Shown here piece by piece: positions 1 to 12,500 of a stretch of 64,000 nucleotides of DNA; positions within the stretch are counted from its first letter, which is position 1, and each line of letters opens with the position of its first letter. This DNA is from Azolla caroliniana. Lineage: Eukaryota > Plantae > Polypodiophyta. The notes below the pieces were generated by a model, which saw nothing but the letters and a program-made list of their open reading frames with translations, ran no database searches and was not told where the DNA came from. The DNA is taken from positions 1-64,000 of the forward strand of contig JBHGNT010000131.1 in the NCBI GenBank assembly GCA_043228905.1. Direction: 5' to 3'. The translations under genes and the position numbers were made by a program.

Positions 1-691
1 AATGAATCTTATCACCATAGCCTCAAAATCATTTTTCAAATCAAAAAGGAAGTGATCTAAGGCATATGGAATGAACTATACATGTGGTTGACAAGGGGAT
101 GAGCTCTAGCATGTATGTATTGAGTGTGGTTGCCTAGTCAAAGATGGATTGTTAACATACTTAACAAAAGCAACTCATTTTAATTAATTAATTTATGCCA
201 AGAAAAAAGCATGAAATTCAAGCTCACTAACCTCGGGTAAAAGCTTAACTTCACAAACAAAAGCACATATCCAGAATAACTACTATAAGAGGATAATTTA
301 TTCATGTGGAAAACAATGTAATGTAGGTTAAAACTTGATCAATTGCTAGCACAGCTGATTCATATTTCAGAATTCAGATCACCCATTATTAATGGCCTCG
401 CCACAAAATGTGAGACATCATTGTATATACTGAAACAAGACCACTAACTTCATAAGACAATGGGGAAACATAACCAATATGGTCATTTATTATCTACACT
501 TTTGTTGGCCCCTGAAGAGATATTTACAATAAGAATTTATACACTATGTTAAATGCTTTGTAGCTCAACAAGCAGCACAACATCCATCATATCCTTTACA
601 AAAACCTTCATAGATTTATATGTATATACACACATGTATATGTACATATAAACATATACCTGTAGTATACACATATAAATGGGATATAAAC

Positions 692-3600
692 CTAATTGAG
701 GCGGCGCCTCTTTCGTGCATGCAAAGCTTCGGGTTCCACATCAGAGGAGCTAGATGAATTGTTCAGACCAGCTCTCCATGATTGTTGTTGAGGGGATACT
801 GGAGACGCATTTTCACTTTCTGTGTCCTGCCTCTGCCAGGATCTAAATGCAATCTGTCCTCGTTCAGGAGTAACCGTCTCCAACACTGGCAACTCTGGTG
901 TGAACAACCGTAAATCACTGCCATTTGAAGGCGAATAATAGGATCTTGTCCCTATGATATCAATCCTTTCTTCATCAAAAGATTGGTGTGATGATAGCAT
1001 TCCCCGGCTTCTTTCCATGGTGTTTTGAATGAGGCTCTCATCTGTGTTCTCACGGTGTTGCTCACCCATATTCTCAAGGGGTTGGTTTTGCACTTCCCCG
1101 CCACCCATATTCTCAATGGATTGGTTTTGCACTTGGCCGGCCATATTCTCAAATGGTAGGTTTTGCACTTGTCTGCTCAAATCTCTATTCGGTATAGGGG
1201 TAACCATGGCTCGGGTGGCAGATTCGAGACCTGAAAATGAACGGAAAGCACTACCCCGTCTTCCCATCATCCTTTGCCTCAATCGGAGCCTAAGCCTTTC
1301 ATCAAGGTGCTCCCGTTGCAATCTTTGTGCTATTCTCAATCTATTCAATATAAGCAGCTCAGCACTAGCACCAGAAGCATTATGTGATACCCCAGATTCC
1401 ATATTTTCGGACAGTGTTTGTGACCTCTCATGATTAGATCTTCCTTGCAACCGCCTTTTCCCATTGATCCGGTGAGCATGAGGACGTGGTGGGGTATTGT
1501 TATGTCCATTCGTCCTATCTCCTGCCTCAGATGTGCCTCTACCATATATGGGTGTAATCACATCATCTGATAGGAAACCTTTACATACAGGGCACTCTTT
1601 TTGGCTTGCATGCAAATGCAACCATTCATGAAGGCAAGGCCAACAGAAGAGATGACCACAGCAGGTAACCACTGGCTCCACTGCCATTTCTAGGCATATA
1701 TTACATTCAAAATGAATTCCTCCAGAGTTGCTTCTTTGGAACTTATTATTATTATTCTCCTCTTGATTTGAGTTCTCATTCGAGAGAGGGATTTCCAAGG
1801 GAGAGTTCTGTATTCTCGGAGTTCTAGCCCCCAAAAATGTACCCTGTGGAATTGAGGTTTCAGCTACCTCGAGAACAACCCTATTTTCAGTGGTTGATCC
1901 TTGGTCAGAAGAGATGGGGGTTTCGACCGGGTTTAGAAGAGAGGTGAACAGGGCTTGTCGAGGGCGGCGAGGAAGTCTTGTGTATCTTGGGTTCCTACAA
2001 GATAAAAAAAGTCAAGGTGAAACAAAGCTTCAAATGCATGTACCATGGATAAGTAGGACAATGAGGAGGAAGAGAGAAAGAAATAGAAAATTAATTTACA
2101 ATAAAAGTCATTACATGAAAACAGAGTAGAAAGATGAGAAAAACCAATTGATGATTGAAAACTTCGCATTGGCAAGGAGAAAGAGAAGGAGTAACTCGAT
2201 AGAATGATTGAAATCCTTGGAAGATGGCATTCACCAAAAAAGATTAGAGGAATAAAAAAGCTTCACTTTGCACTAGAGAAGAATAACAAAATCAATAGAT
2301 CATCACATGGTTATTCAACAAAAAAAGAAACGACCTTTATTTTTCATTAGAGATGAAGCAAATCAATAAATGATTGACATCATTAAAGGGAATTCATTGT
2401 CTACTAGCAGCATTTCCCTTTGAATCGACATAGTAAGATCTAAATTTATGCAAAGAAAGTTTTGATACGACCAAACTATTAGAAAATATGGTTTGACTCA
2501 ACCGGATGTAGTAGGAACTGATTTTCTGATAATGCCAGGGATCTATACATCAATAACCAAGTTCTTTGTAACAAGCACCCTTTGCCTTCAGTGTCTAGTG
2601 CTTGAAAATCATTATACAGATATTGAACAATGAATTAAGGATTGTAAATATCAATACTTACTCTTTTTAGTATGAAAGATGAATCCAAAGGAAAAACTAG
2701 AGATACCTATTTGATTTTAACTAAAATAATTCTCTTACTGCCCACTTGGCAATGGGCACAGCCCAATAATGGTGAAAGAACATATGGAGGCAAAAGCGCA
2801 TTCATTAATAGAAGGGAGTAATCGAGATCTCTAGCAAAAAAGAACAGATGGTGAAATTGATACTGCTAATTAAAAATAGAAATCTAAACCAACTTCCCAT
2901 CTGAATACAAAATCAAGGGCTTCAACCCAATGCTTGGGACAATTTGAATCTTAACACGAATATTCAACACATGCAACGAAGAAAATGAAAATAGAAACAA
3001 AAACTGCATGCCATAGAACAAGTGTCAAAAACTTATGGCCACATTGCTAATTAAATAGAATAATAAGAAATTCCTCATTTGAATAACAAAATCGAGGTCT
3101 TCAACCTGATCCTTTTAATGATCAGAATCAATATGTGAATATTCAACGTATATAGCAAGAGGAAAAAACAAAAAAATATTATTTCTTGAGCCAAAATAAT
3201 TTTACTACCTAATGGCATTGCCTTTTGGAATGGGAAAAATAATATGCAAGCAAAAGAAAAGACAAATTCGTACATAAAAATTACCAATCAATTCGAAAAC
3301 AATTCATGGTCTTTGACACTTAATGTCCATCTTCACCACCATATTAATAGTAACATAATTCTATTATATGAATATTCCACAAAAAACATAAGAAAAATAC
3401 AAAATCCTATTTTTCACTAAGAAAATAAATCTTCTAACTACTGGCTATAACTGTTTGAGAGATACAATAGGAAACAAAGAACAAATCGATATGAGCATAT
3501 AATCCATTTGAAATATGGTTTAACCTGAAATAACGGTAAGGGAAAAACTCCTGAAATACCGATGTGTTCATTCTTTTCCAATCCCCGGAATGAAAGACAA

Positions 3601-4371
3601 AAAGGGATGAACTAACCACAGGAACCAGCATAACAAAAGGGGATATTTCCCAAATGCTCTTACCCAATCCCCGAAAAAAAGGAAAAAGGAGATGACCCAA
3701 CCATGATAGTAGTTGCTATACATATAATTGTCCAAAAGGGAAAAACATGAGAGGGAGAGAGATTGAATTGATAATATAACTGCTCAAGTAGTGCATTTAA
3801 TTGAATTGAAGAGGGGTGAGCAGGAAAACAATAAAAACTTACAACTGGGAAATAATGAAAAAGTCTAGGGGTATTTTTAGAGTTTTTTCCCTCAAATTAA
3901 TCAAAACATATTGTCTAACCTTAATGCAAGAGGAGGGCTTTGTGATGACCCTTCTTCACCATCACCACCATGATTCGTATCATCATGGCCAATTGTGCTG
4001 ATGCCATGTCTGAATCCATGTCGGCGATGATCGGTTTCGTTTGTAACCATGTTAGATGATGATGAGATAACATCCGCTCTTATAAGATTTTCTATTTCTT
4101 CTTGACCTCCAGCTAACATACCAGGTTCGAATCTCGACCAATTTGGCCTTGAAACATGGGGAGGAGTAGTAATTGTGGTAGTGGTGCCATTTCTTCCTTC
4201 TTCTTCTTCTTCTTCTCCTCCTCCCCCTCCTCTTCCAAGAGCAAGATCCAAAGCAAAAGAAGATCCAAGGTTCAAATCCAGATCCACGCCAAATGATGAT
4301 AAAGACGAAGAAATAGGTTCCATTTCTACCATATCTACTTCAGGCCCTGCCACTACACTCTCACCAGACAT
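692..4371 (-). CDS. RING-HC (C3HC4) E3 ubiquitin ligase, RNF5/RMA-like; 2 coding exons, ~584 aa
   Basis: Exon1 4371-3920 (ATG; donor AAG|GTTAGA, phase 2) splices in frame to exon2 1994-692 (acceptor TTGTAG|G). Contains FECNICLE..PVVTCCGHLFCWPCL..W..CPVCKG..PIYGRG..PPRP, an N-terminal DLDLNL motif and a C-terminal basic RKRRRLN. Confidence 0.9.
1066..1172 (-). repeat. 3x ~36-39 bp coding tandem repeat (Q/EVQNxPxENM) in the RING gene
   Basis: ccatattctcaa...gttttgcactt occurs three times; peptide QVQNLPFENM/QVQNQSIENM/EVQNQPLENM. Confidence 0.8.
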
Positions 4372-5429
4372 TATGTATCCTTCTCTCGCTCTCTTTTGAT
4401 CAGTTGCAAAGACCTTCTCTTTTTGTTGAAGGAGAAGTCCTTTTTCGTTTCATCAATTCTTCTTCAGATGAATAACAAGACACTTCACTCTCTCTTTTTC
4501 CTCAAGAAGAGAAAAAACCCTCTTCTCTTTTCATCAATTCTTCTTTAGGGCAATAACAAATAAAGGAAAAGGTTCACTTACCTTGAAGAAAAGAAAAAGC
4601 GGAACCTCCTTCTTTTCATGTATTTCTCTTTTAGTCCAAAAACCTTCTCTCCTTCTTGAAGAAGAAGATGAAGAAGATGAAGATGGTGATGATGGTGAAA
4701 TACTTACTATTTGGCTTTCTGTGAAATCCATATTGGATCAGAACAAGACTTTCCATTTTTGTTGAAGAGGAAAAAAAAGGCTCGTCCCTTTTCCATCAAA
4801 ACCTTCTTTTAGATCAATCAGAAAAACAAAAGAAAAGCCTGTCTCTTTTTTCAGATAACCTTTGCTTTTTCTTGAAGAACAAAAACGTCTCCTTTTTCAC
4901 CGACACCTCTTTAGACGGAAAAACAAATATAACCTTCTCTTTTCTTGAAGACGAAAGAAAAGAAGAAATCAGGAAACTAACCTTTCAAGTTTCTTGAAGA
5001 AAAGCCCAAGAAAAATCTAGATATACTTTCCTTAGTTTCATCCAAAATCCTCTTCAGAAACCTGACGAAACAGATCTTCTTTGCACCAATCGAAGCATCG
5101 GTTTGATGAGTGAGATCTGAAGGTTTTCCTGCTAATTCTTTCTTCTTCAAGAAGGCAAATAACAAAAGAATAGAAGAAGAAGGAAAAATAAAAAGTGAAA
5201 AATAAAAATAATCAGGGTTTCACAGAATTCCCAATAATGGGTTCTCTCCAAAGGAAGAATCCATGGGAACACGAAGATTTCCTCTTTCTTTCTTTCATTG
5301 TTTTCTCTGTATATTTGGGCGGTTGTGAATGAATAATGTGCATTTTCCATGTATAACTCCCCCCACACACACAAAACACATCATCCATCTCTTACCATGA
5401 CTTGTTCTTTTTTAGTAACACTTTTTATT

Positions 5430-7690
5430 ACTACTACTGGGCAAACTCAATGTGAGGCGAAAACCCGCCAAAGACTAAAAGAAAAATAATACCCAAGTGC
5501 CGATTAGACGATGAGCTTTTTAAAAGCACTCAGAGTAAAGATTGTTAAAATTTGCAGCGCGACGTGTCTCTACATTGCAGACAATCAAACAGATATTGCC
5601 TGACGGATTTGCTTAAAGAAGCTAACTTCATGCAATTGGTTTCAATCGAAGACCCTGTTATTGTGGGTTGTTCAAATGGTCCAGATTGCCCAAAATCGTG
5701 TCCGTTGGAGAAAATAGGCATTGTTGGATAGGGCGCACGGAATTTGTCCAAATATCCAAAAGTCTTTACCAAACCTTCGCCCAGGAAATCTATGATAAAG
5801 AGATGCACTTAGTCTTTGTACAAATGTTGTAGTGAATGAGCAAGTCCATAATAAGTGTGGAACCGTTTCCAATCGTCCACCACATCTTGCACAATGCGGT
5901 GAGGTTATTGATCTATTTTGAGGATTTTACCTAGTCAAGAGTGCACCCAATAGGCATCTCCATAGGAATACCCATCGCTTAAGTGGAAGACCTGAATTGA
6001 GCTCCATAAGTTTGTAACCCTATTTTTCCACCAAGACTACGTTTTGTGTACGTTCCATAATGCATTTGCATGTTTGTGAAACCATGGGACAAGTTGCAAC
6101 AACATATACACTGAATGTGTTGTAATGTTATGCATTGGAATAACAATGTTCCCTTTTTGTAACATCCAATCCTGAATCCTGCAATTTCCATTTAGAGGTG
6201 GCACAAGTACTAAGGAAAGTACCAACTCTGCGACTTGATTCCAGATAATGTGATGATGTGGCCCAAGACTATAACGACATGTCATGTCATTGAAGTGCAA
6301 TAAGTGACCTTGGTCATTTACCACATCTACAATTGATTTCAGTCCCTTCTTTGCTAAAGAATAAGCTTTCCTAAGTTATTGTTCAACTAGTGGTTGTGGG
6401 AATATAGCACTCTAGTGTAAGCTTTCGAGGTGTAAAGAGTTCCCTGATTCTGAATTCTAACCTCCATTTCATGTGGTGCAATACTTCCTTCCAGTGCTTT
6501 AGAAGCTTTGAGCTAAACGGACAGCCTTTGATGTGTGTGTCAAGCTTTCCAAACACTACATCCCAATGGTTAGTATCTCATGAAGCAAATGACTTGGTTT
6601 TCAAATGATCAAACATATCATATAGCATTCTTGCCCAAGGCAATGTTTTCTTCAGCAAATTTTGGCAATAAAGTAGCTTTTCTAGCCAACATATAAAAAT
6701 GCAAATTAAGAATATTTAGCCCTCCACTCAATCGTGCAGTGCCTATCTTCTCTAGTGATAGGAGTCGTATACCTCTATGTGACTGCTTAGAGCACCGAAA
6801 GTTGCTTATGATTTTTGAGTTAATCTTTTGTATCATGTGTTTCGACCAATCAATCATAAATAAGTAATATTGCATGTAAGCCATGAATATAGATTGCACT
6901 ATCCTCAATTTGACATGGAGTGGCCATGTTGCAATCTTCCAATAGCTCATCTTTTATCTCACGTTTTACAGAACTCATTCAAGCTTTCTTTTCCATGTTG
7001 CATTCCATCCCAATGGATAGCCAAGATGTCTAACCATTTCATTTGGGCTAACAACTTGACCTGGCCACAAAAGTTGATGCCAACTATATGGTGGCAAGGG
7101 TAGAAGTTTGGACTTGTTGAAGTTAACATGCAATCCAACAGCTAATCCATACAATTTGAGGGCATCCATAATCACCCTCGTATCATCTGGATTGTTTTGT
7201 GACAAGAATGGTGTATCATCTACATATGCCTGAGCCACGAAATCATGTTTGTCTTTCATTTGCAAACCGTGAAGTTGACCAATTGATACTAGATGATCCA
7301 TGTACAATAGTAGTGGATGAGTTGTGATTGCATACAACAATGCACTTACATGACAACCTTGTCATACTGATTTGGCTAAGCTCCATGAATCCGTCAAATC
7401 ACCCTCAATAATGCATGAATATGTGCTAGACCCATAAACCAATAGATTACTTGAGACATTTTCGAACCAAATCCTAGTTTGACCATTGTGGCTGCCACAA
7501 AATCCCATTGGATGGTGTCAAAGGCCTTTTCAATGTCAAGTTGCATGAACAATACATCTTGTTTGGTGTATTTGGCATACTCCATTCCAATATAGGGATT
7601 AGCAATATTATCTGTAATTTGCCTTCGGGGAATGAACCTGTACTGGTTTATGTGGATGCCTCCCAACAAAGTGTCCTTAATATGATTAAC
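5430..7690 (-). mobile_element. Degenerate 5'-truncated L1-like LINE (RT and C-terminal region)
   Basis: Frameshifted ORF pieces with LINE RT motifs: QYRFIPRRQITDNI, DIEKAFDTIQW, QAYVDDT, GLHVNFNKSKL, RHLGYPLG. Ends are approximate. Confidence 0.85.
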
Positions 7691-7816
7691 AATTATCTTT
7701 GCAATAAGTTTATAAGAAGAACAAGAAGAAGAATAATGAAGTCACATGTATGCGGGCTCTCTCAAGACACATGAGAAACAAATTAGGAAGAAGGGAGCCA
7801 AGTGTTTAGAATGATG

Positions 7817-7935
7817 TAGGAATCGACAATGGTTCAATTTAGGCTTAACCTGTTTGGCCTTGTCCAAACCAAACCAATTAAGCCGAAACTGGTTTGGGAG
7901 TTTCCAAAACTGAACTGAACAAGAGCTGATTCCTA
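7817..7935. mobile_element. Short hAT-type MITE derivative (TIR TAGGAATC...GATTCCTA)
   Basis: Same TIR and internal AAACCAAA/GGTTTGGGAGTTTCCAAA motifs as the element at 16071-16368. Confidence 0.6.
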
Positions 7936-8900
7936 CGTCCTTCTAAACATCGGGCTCCCTTCTTTTTGACTTGTTTCTCTTGCGAGAAGAAAGAAGTATT
8001 ATCAAAAGCGAGCAAAAGAGGAGACCACTGCTAGGAAAAAAGAAGAAGAAGGGATGACTCCGACAGACATGAATAACTCAGGATATGAAAAGGGATGTGA
8101 TAACTCTAGCCTACGATCACATGGAAGACACTATGTAAAAAGATGCATTAGAAAATGTAATGTTCAATATAGTGGTGACTCTAGAAGTTCGAATAAAGGT
8201 AGCAAAATTGTAAAAAAAAATCCCCTTAGATTGCAATAGATTTCATCAAGCATTATTGGATGATTATACGCTTGACGACCTCATTAGGGTCACAAAGAAA
8301 ACCTTTTTTGAATGTATCAAGAAATGAGGGAAAACTCTCTTAGTATCAACATTGCGGAGAGAATTTGAAAATAAGTATAATTCATGAAGAGTGTCATCCA
8401 AGTTCTTGAGTTCATAACTTCCATTGTCACCAGTGTCACCACCAATCATCTTCTAGGATTTAAGCCTTTAAGAAAAACACTAACATTAAGAAGCTCACAT
8501 ATTTCCATAAAGATGTCGCATCTTTATACTCCTCTAAAACACATGTATAGTCTCATGTTTGGCTGGTTATGCTGAACTGTAGACTTTTTGTTATGTTTCT
8601 TAGAGGTACAACAATATTCGAGGAACTTACTCTTATTAAAGATGACATCCTAGATGCATAAAGGATTTTTAAGCTGAGAACCATATCATGTAGCCCATTT
8701 CACCTCCCTCATCATATGCAAGGAAGATAGACTTCATGGAAATTGCATCGTGTTTTCATTGGTTGTCAAGATCACGATAGTGCATGCACCTATAATTCCT
8801 TCTATCCAATCAAATTAGTCCCTTTCTAACATTAGTGAACATACCCTTCATTTATGTAAATATTAGTGACCTACCTTCACCTATGTTATGTGTACATAAC

Positions 8901-9231
8901 TGTTGGGATTTCGGTCCCTCCGGATGGGATGTCCGGAGATGAATGACGGCAAGCCCGGAGGCTGTTACGGAACCATATGATGAAGAGTACCCGGCATGAA
9001 GCCGGATGAAGAGTACCCTGGTTACGGAGCCGGATGCTGAAGACCCCGGTTACGGAGCCGGATGACGTATGTACCCGGAGAGAGATCCGGATGCGGAGAC
9101 ATATTTGTGAATATGTTTGCCAAGGGCCCTTGAGGCTATACTTGTAAATAGCCCGAAAGTCATATATGTATAAATATGACTTAGGGCAAATAGTTTCGTT
9201 GTTGCTTAATTTTCATGCAAAGTGAGAGCAG

Positions 9232-9268
<37 letters not shown>

Positions 9269-9530
9269 GAAGAGGTCGTTGCCTCTGTGTATTGCCGCCG
9301 CCTGTGGCGAAGACAGTGAGCTCAAGGTTGTTGCCTTGTAGCTTCACCAGTGTACATCCCTGTTCATAGTGATAGTTGGAGTTTGAGGACTCCCGTGGTT
9401 TTTCCCATTTAGGGTTTTCCACGTAAAACATCCAGTGTACCTTTCTCTCTATTGTTTTGTGCATTTTGTATTTCCTGTTTTCTGTGAGTTGATCCCATTC
9501 CTCGGTTGTGGCCGAGCATTGTTTTCAACA
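8901..9530 (+). repeat. 5' LTR of intact copia (630 bp)
   Basis: Direct repeat of 13646-14285; carries (GA)17. Confidence 0.97.
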
Positions 9531-9561
9531 AAGTGGTATCAGAGCGAGGTTAACCCAGAAA

Positions 9562-12500
9562 ATGGAAGGCGGCAGCAACGGGCAGCCGGGGATGATGGTG
9601 CTGAATGCGCAGAACTACGCCGACTGGAAGATAAAGATGGAGGATCTGCTCATTGTTCGGGACCTGTATGAACCGATCGACAGGTCGGAAATACCCAAGG
9701 GGGTACTTGAGACGGAATGGAGGCTTCTGAACCGGAAAGCCGTTGCAACCATTCGGCAATACGTCGACGTGAGCGTTCTACAACATGTGGCGAACGACAC
9801 CAACGCATATGAGATGTGGCGGAAGCTGTCGGGCCTCTACGAGAGGAAGAATGCGTTGAACCGGACCTCCCTGATGAGGAAGATAGTGAACCTCAAGTAC
9901 CGGGACGACGAGAGTATTGTGGAACACGTAAGCACGTTCATGGGATTCGTGAACCAGCTTGCGGCGATCAAGTTCCCGTTGGAGGATGCAATGCAAGCCA
10001 TCATTCTGATGTGTACATTGCCGGAAAGCTGGGAGAACTTGGTGGTGACTCTCAGCACCTCCTGCACCGAAGATAACTTGTCTCTACAAACGGTAAAGAC
10101 AAGCATTTTGAACGAAGAAGCGCGTCGGAGAGATAAAGAACCGGCCTCCGACTCGAAGGCGCTGCTTACCGAATCGGAATGGGGAAGACATCGGAACCGG
10201 AGTCCGCAAAGACGGGAGAAGTCGGGGACCCGGTCGCAGTCAAGAGGAAGGCCCACATGCTTCCACTGTGGGAAGACGGGGCACTTCCGGAAGAATTGTC
10301 GGCATTACCGAAAAGACAACGGAGCCGACGACACCGATTCGAAGAAGTCACCGGAGAGAAACGGTGCATACCGGGGAGCCACGGACCGGAGAGGTCCGGA
10401 TCGGCGAGGGCAGGACCGGAAAGGAACGACGGCACTCGCGGCAAGTGAAGAAGAGATAATGCTCATTACCGAAGAGAGGGAGCTGAACCTTGCCGGTGTA
10501 GAGATGACCTGGGTGGTCGATTCCGGAGCGTCGTTCCACCTGACCCCGGAGAAGAAATACTTCTCATCCTACACAACCGGTGAGCATGGCTGTGTCCGGA
10601 TGGGAAATGAAGGTACATGCCGGATTGCCGGCATAGGAGACGTGTGGCTGATGACATCAACCGGATGCAAGATGCTGCTGAAGGATGTTCGACACGTTCC
10701 GGAGGTCCGATTGAACCTGATCTCGGTCGGGAGGCTAGACGATGAAGGCTACACGGGCAGCATCCGGAACGGTGTCATGAAGTTCAGCAAAGGGAGCCTG
10801 ATAGTGGCTCGGGCCCGGAAGGTCAACACACTATACCTGATGAATGCCCGGTTATGTCCGGAAGAGCTGAATGTGGCAGCCGACACTGCCGGTGAGCTGT
10901 GGCACAAAAGACTGTGCCACATGAGTGAGAAGGGGATGAAGAGGCTTGCAGAAGACAACCTTATTCCAGTGAAGCATGTGCACCTGGAGAAGTGCACCGA
11001 CTGCCTGGCCGGTAAGCAAAACCGGACCTCCTTCCACTCAAGGCCACCGACGAGACGTAGCGCACCATTGGAGCTGGTGCACACTGACGTGTGTCAAGTA
11101 GAAACGAAGTCACATGGCGGAGCCCAATACTTCGTGACATTCATTGATGACCACAGCCGGAAGCTGTGGACGGCACCGTTGAAGACAAAGGACCAAGTGT
11201 TGTGCGTCTTCAAAGAACTTCACGCGAGAGTCGAAAGGGAATCCGGCAAGAAGCTGAAAGCGATACGAGCGGATAACGGAGGGGAATACCGGGGGCAGTT
11301 CCAGGAGTACTGTCGCTCGAAGGGAATCCGGCTCGAGTTTACTGTGCCGAAGACGCCGGAACTGAACGGGCTGGCCGAGAGGATGAACCGGACCATAATG
11401 GAGAGGGTCCGGAGTATGCTGGTGCATGCGAAATTACCCAAGGGATTTTGGGCTGAGGCAATGTCGACGGCGACGTATGTGATAAATAGATCACCCTCAG
11501 TACCTTTGGACGGAGACACACCGCAGAAAGTGTGGACCGGTAAGGAAGTGTCCTACCGGCATCTGAAGGTGTTCGGGTGTCTCGCATACGTGCATGTGGC
11601 AAAGGACCGGAGAGGAAAGTTAGATCCAAAGACCCGGCCATGCATATTCCTCGGTTACGGCGACGACGAGTTCGGCTACCGAGTATGGGACCCGGTCGAC
11701 AAGAAGATATTCAGGAGTCGAGATATCATCTTCATGGAGAACAAGACACTCGCCGACTGGGAGTCGGAGAAGAAGATGAAGAGCTCCAAGTCGACCGGTG
11801 AGGATCAACTCTACGAGGAGCAGTCCCGACCGGCAAGGGACCGGTTAGCACTCGAGGACCCGGCCGAAGACGGTGAAGAAACAGAACCGGCCGAAGAAGA
11901 TGAAAATGATACCGGAACCGGCCCCGATCCCGAAATGGATTCGGATGAAGAAGAATCGGAAGAACCGGTTACCGAAGCTCCGGAACGGAGATATCCTCTA
12001 AGAGAGAGAAGGGCCCCCCGGAGATTTCCGGAACCTGAGCACGTGCTGCTAACCGACGAGGGGGAGCCGGAGAGCTTTGAAGAAGCAAAGCATGACACCC
12101 ATAGCCGCAGGTGGTTAAGTGCCATGCAGGAGGAGATGGATTCCCTGCATGAGAACCACACATATGAACTTGTGGAGTTGCCGAAAGGAAAACGGGCACT
12201 CCGTAACAAGTGGGTGTTCAAGCTGAAACCGGGAGATGCCGGAAACCCCCCGAGATACAAAGCCAGGATCGTGGTGAAGGGGTTCCAGCAGAAGAAGGGC
12301 GTTGACTTCGACGAGATATTTGCCCCGGTAGTGAAGATGACCTCCATCCGGACGGTGCTGAGCATAGCGGCAAGCATGGACCTCGAGGTAGAACAGATGG
12401 ACGTGAAGACGGCATTCCTTCACGGTGACCTCGAAGAAGAGATCTACATGCAGCAACCGGAAGGATTCGAGAAGAAAGGGAAGGAGCACCTGGTATGCCG

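Noticed and set aside
4534-4731. Upstream coding exon or uORF of the RING gene (donor-like AAG|GTAAGT at 4581)
   Set aside because: Low-complexity purine/pyrimidine repeats with no confident in-frame acceptor; more likely 5' UTR.
9508-9561. ORF-track start of the copia polyprotein at 9508
   Set aside because: This is a GTG start inside the LTR/PBS; the first ATG after the PBS is at 9562.
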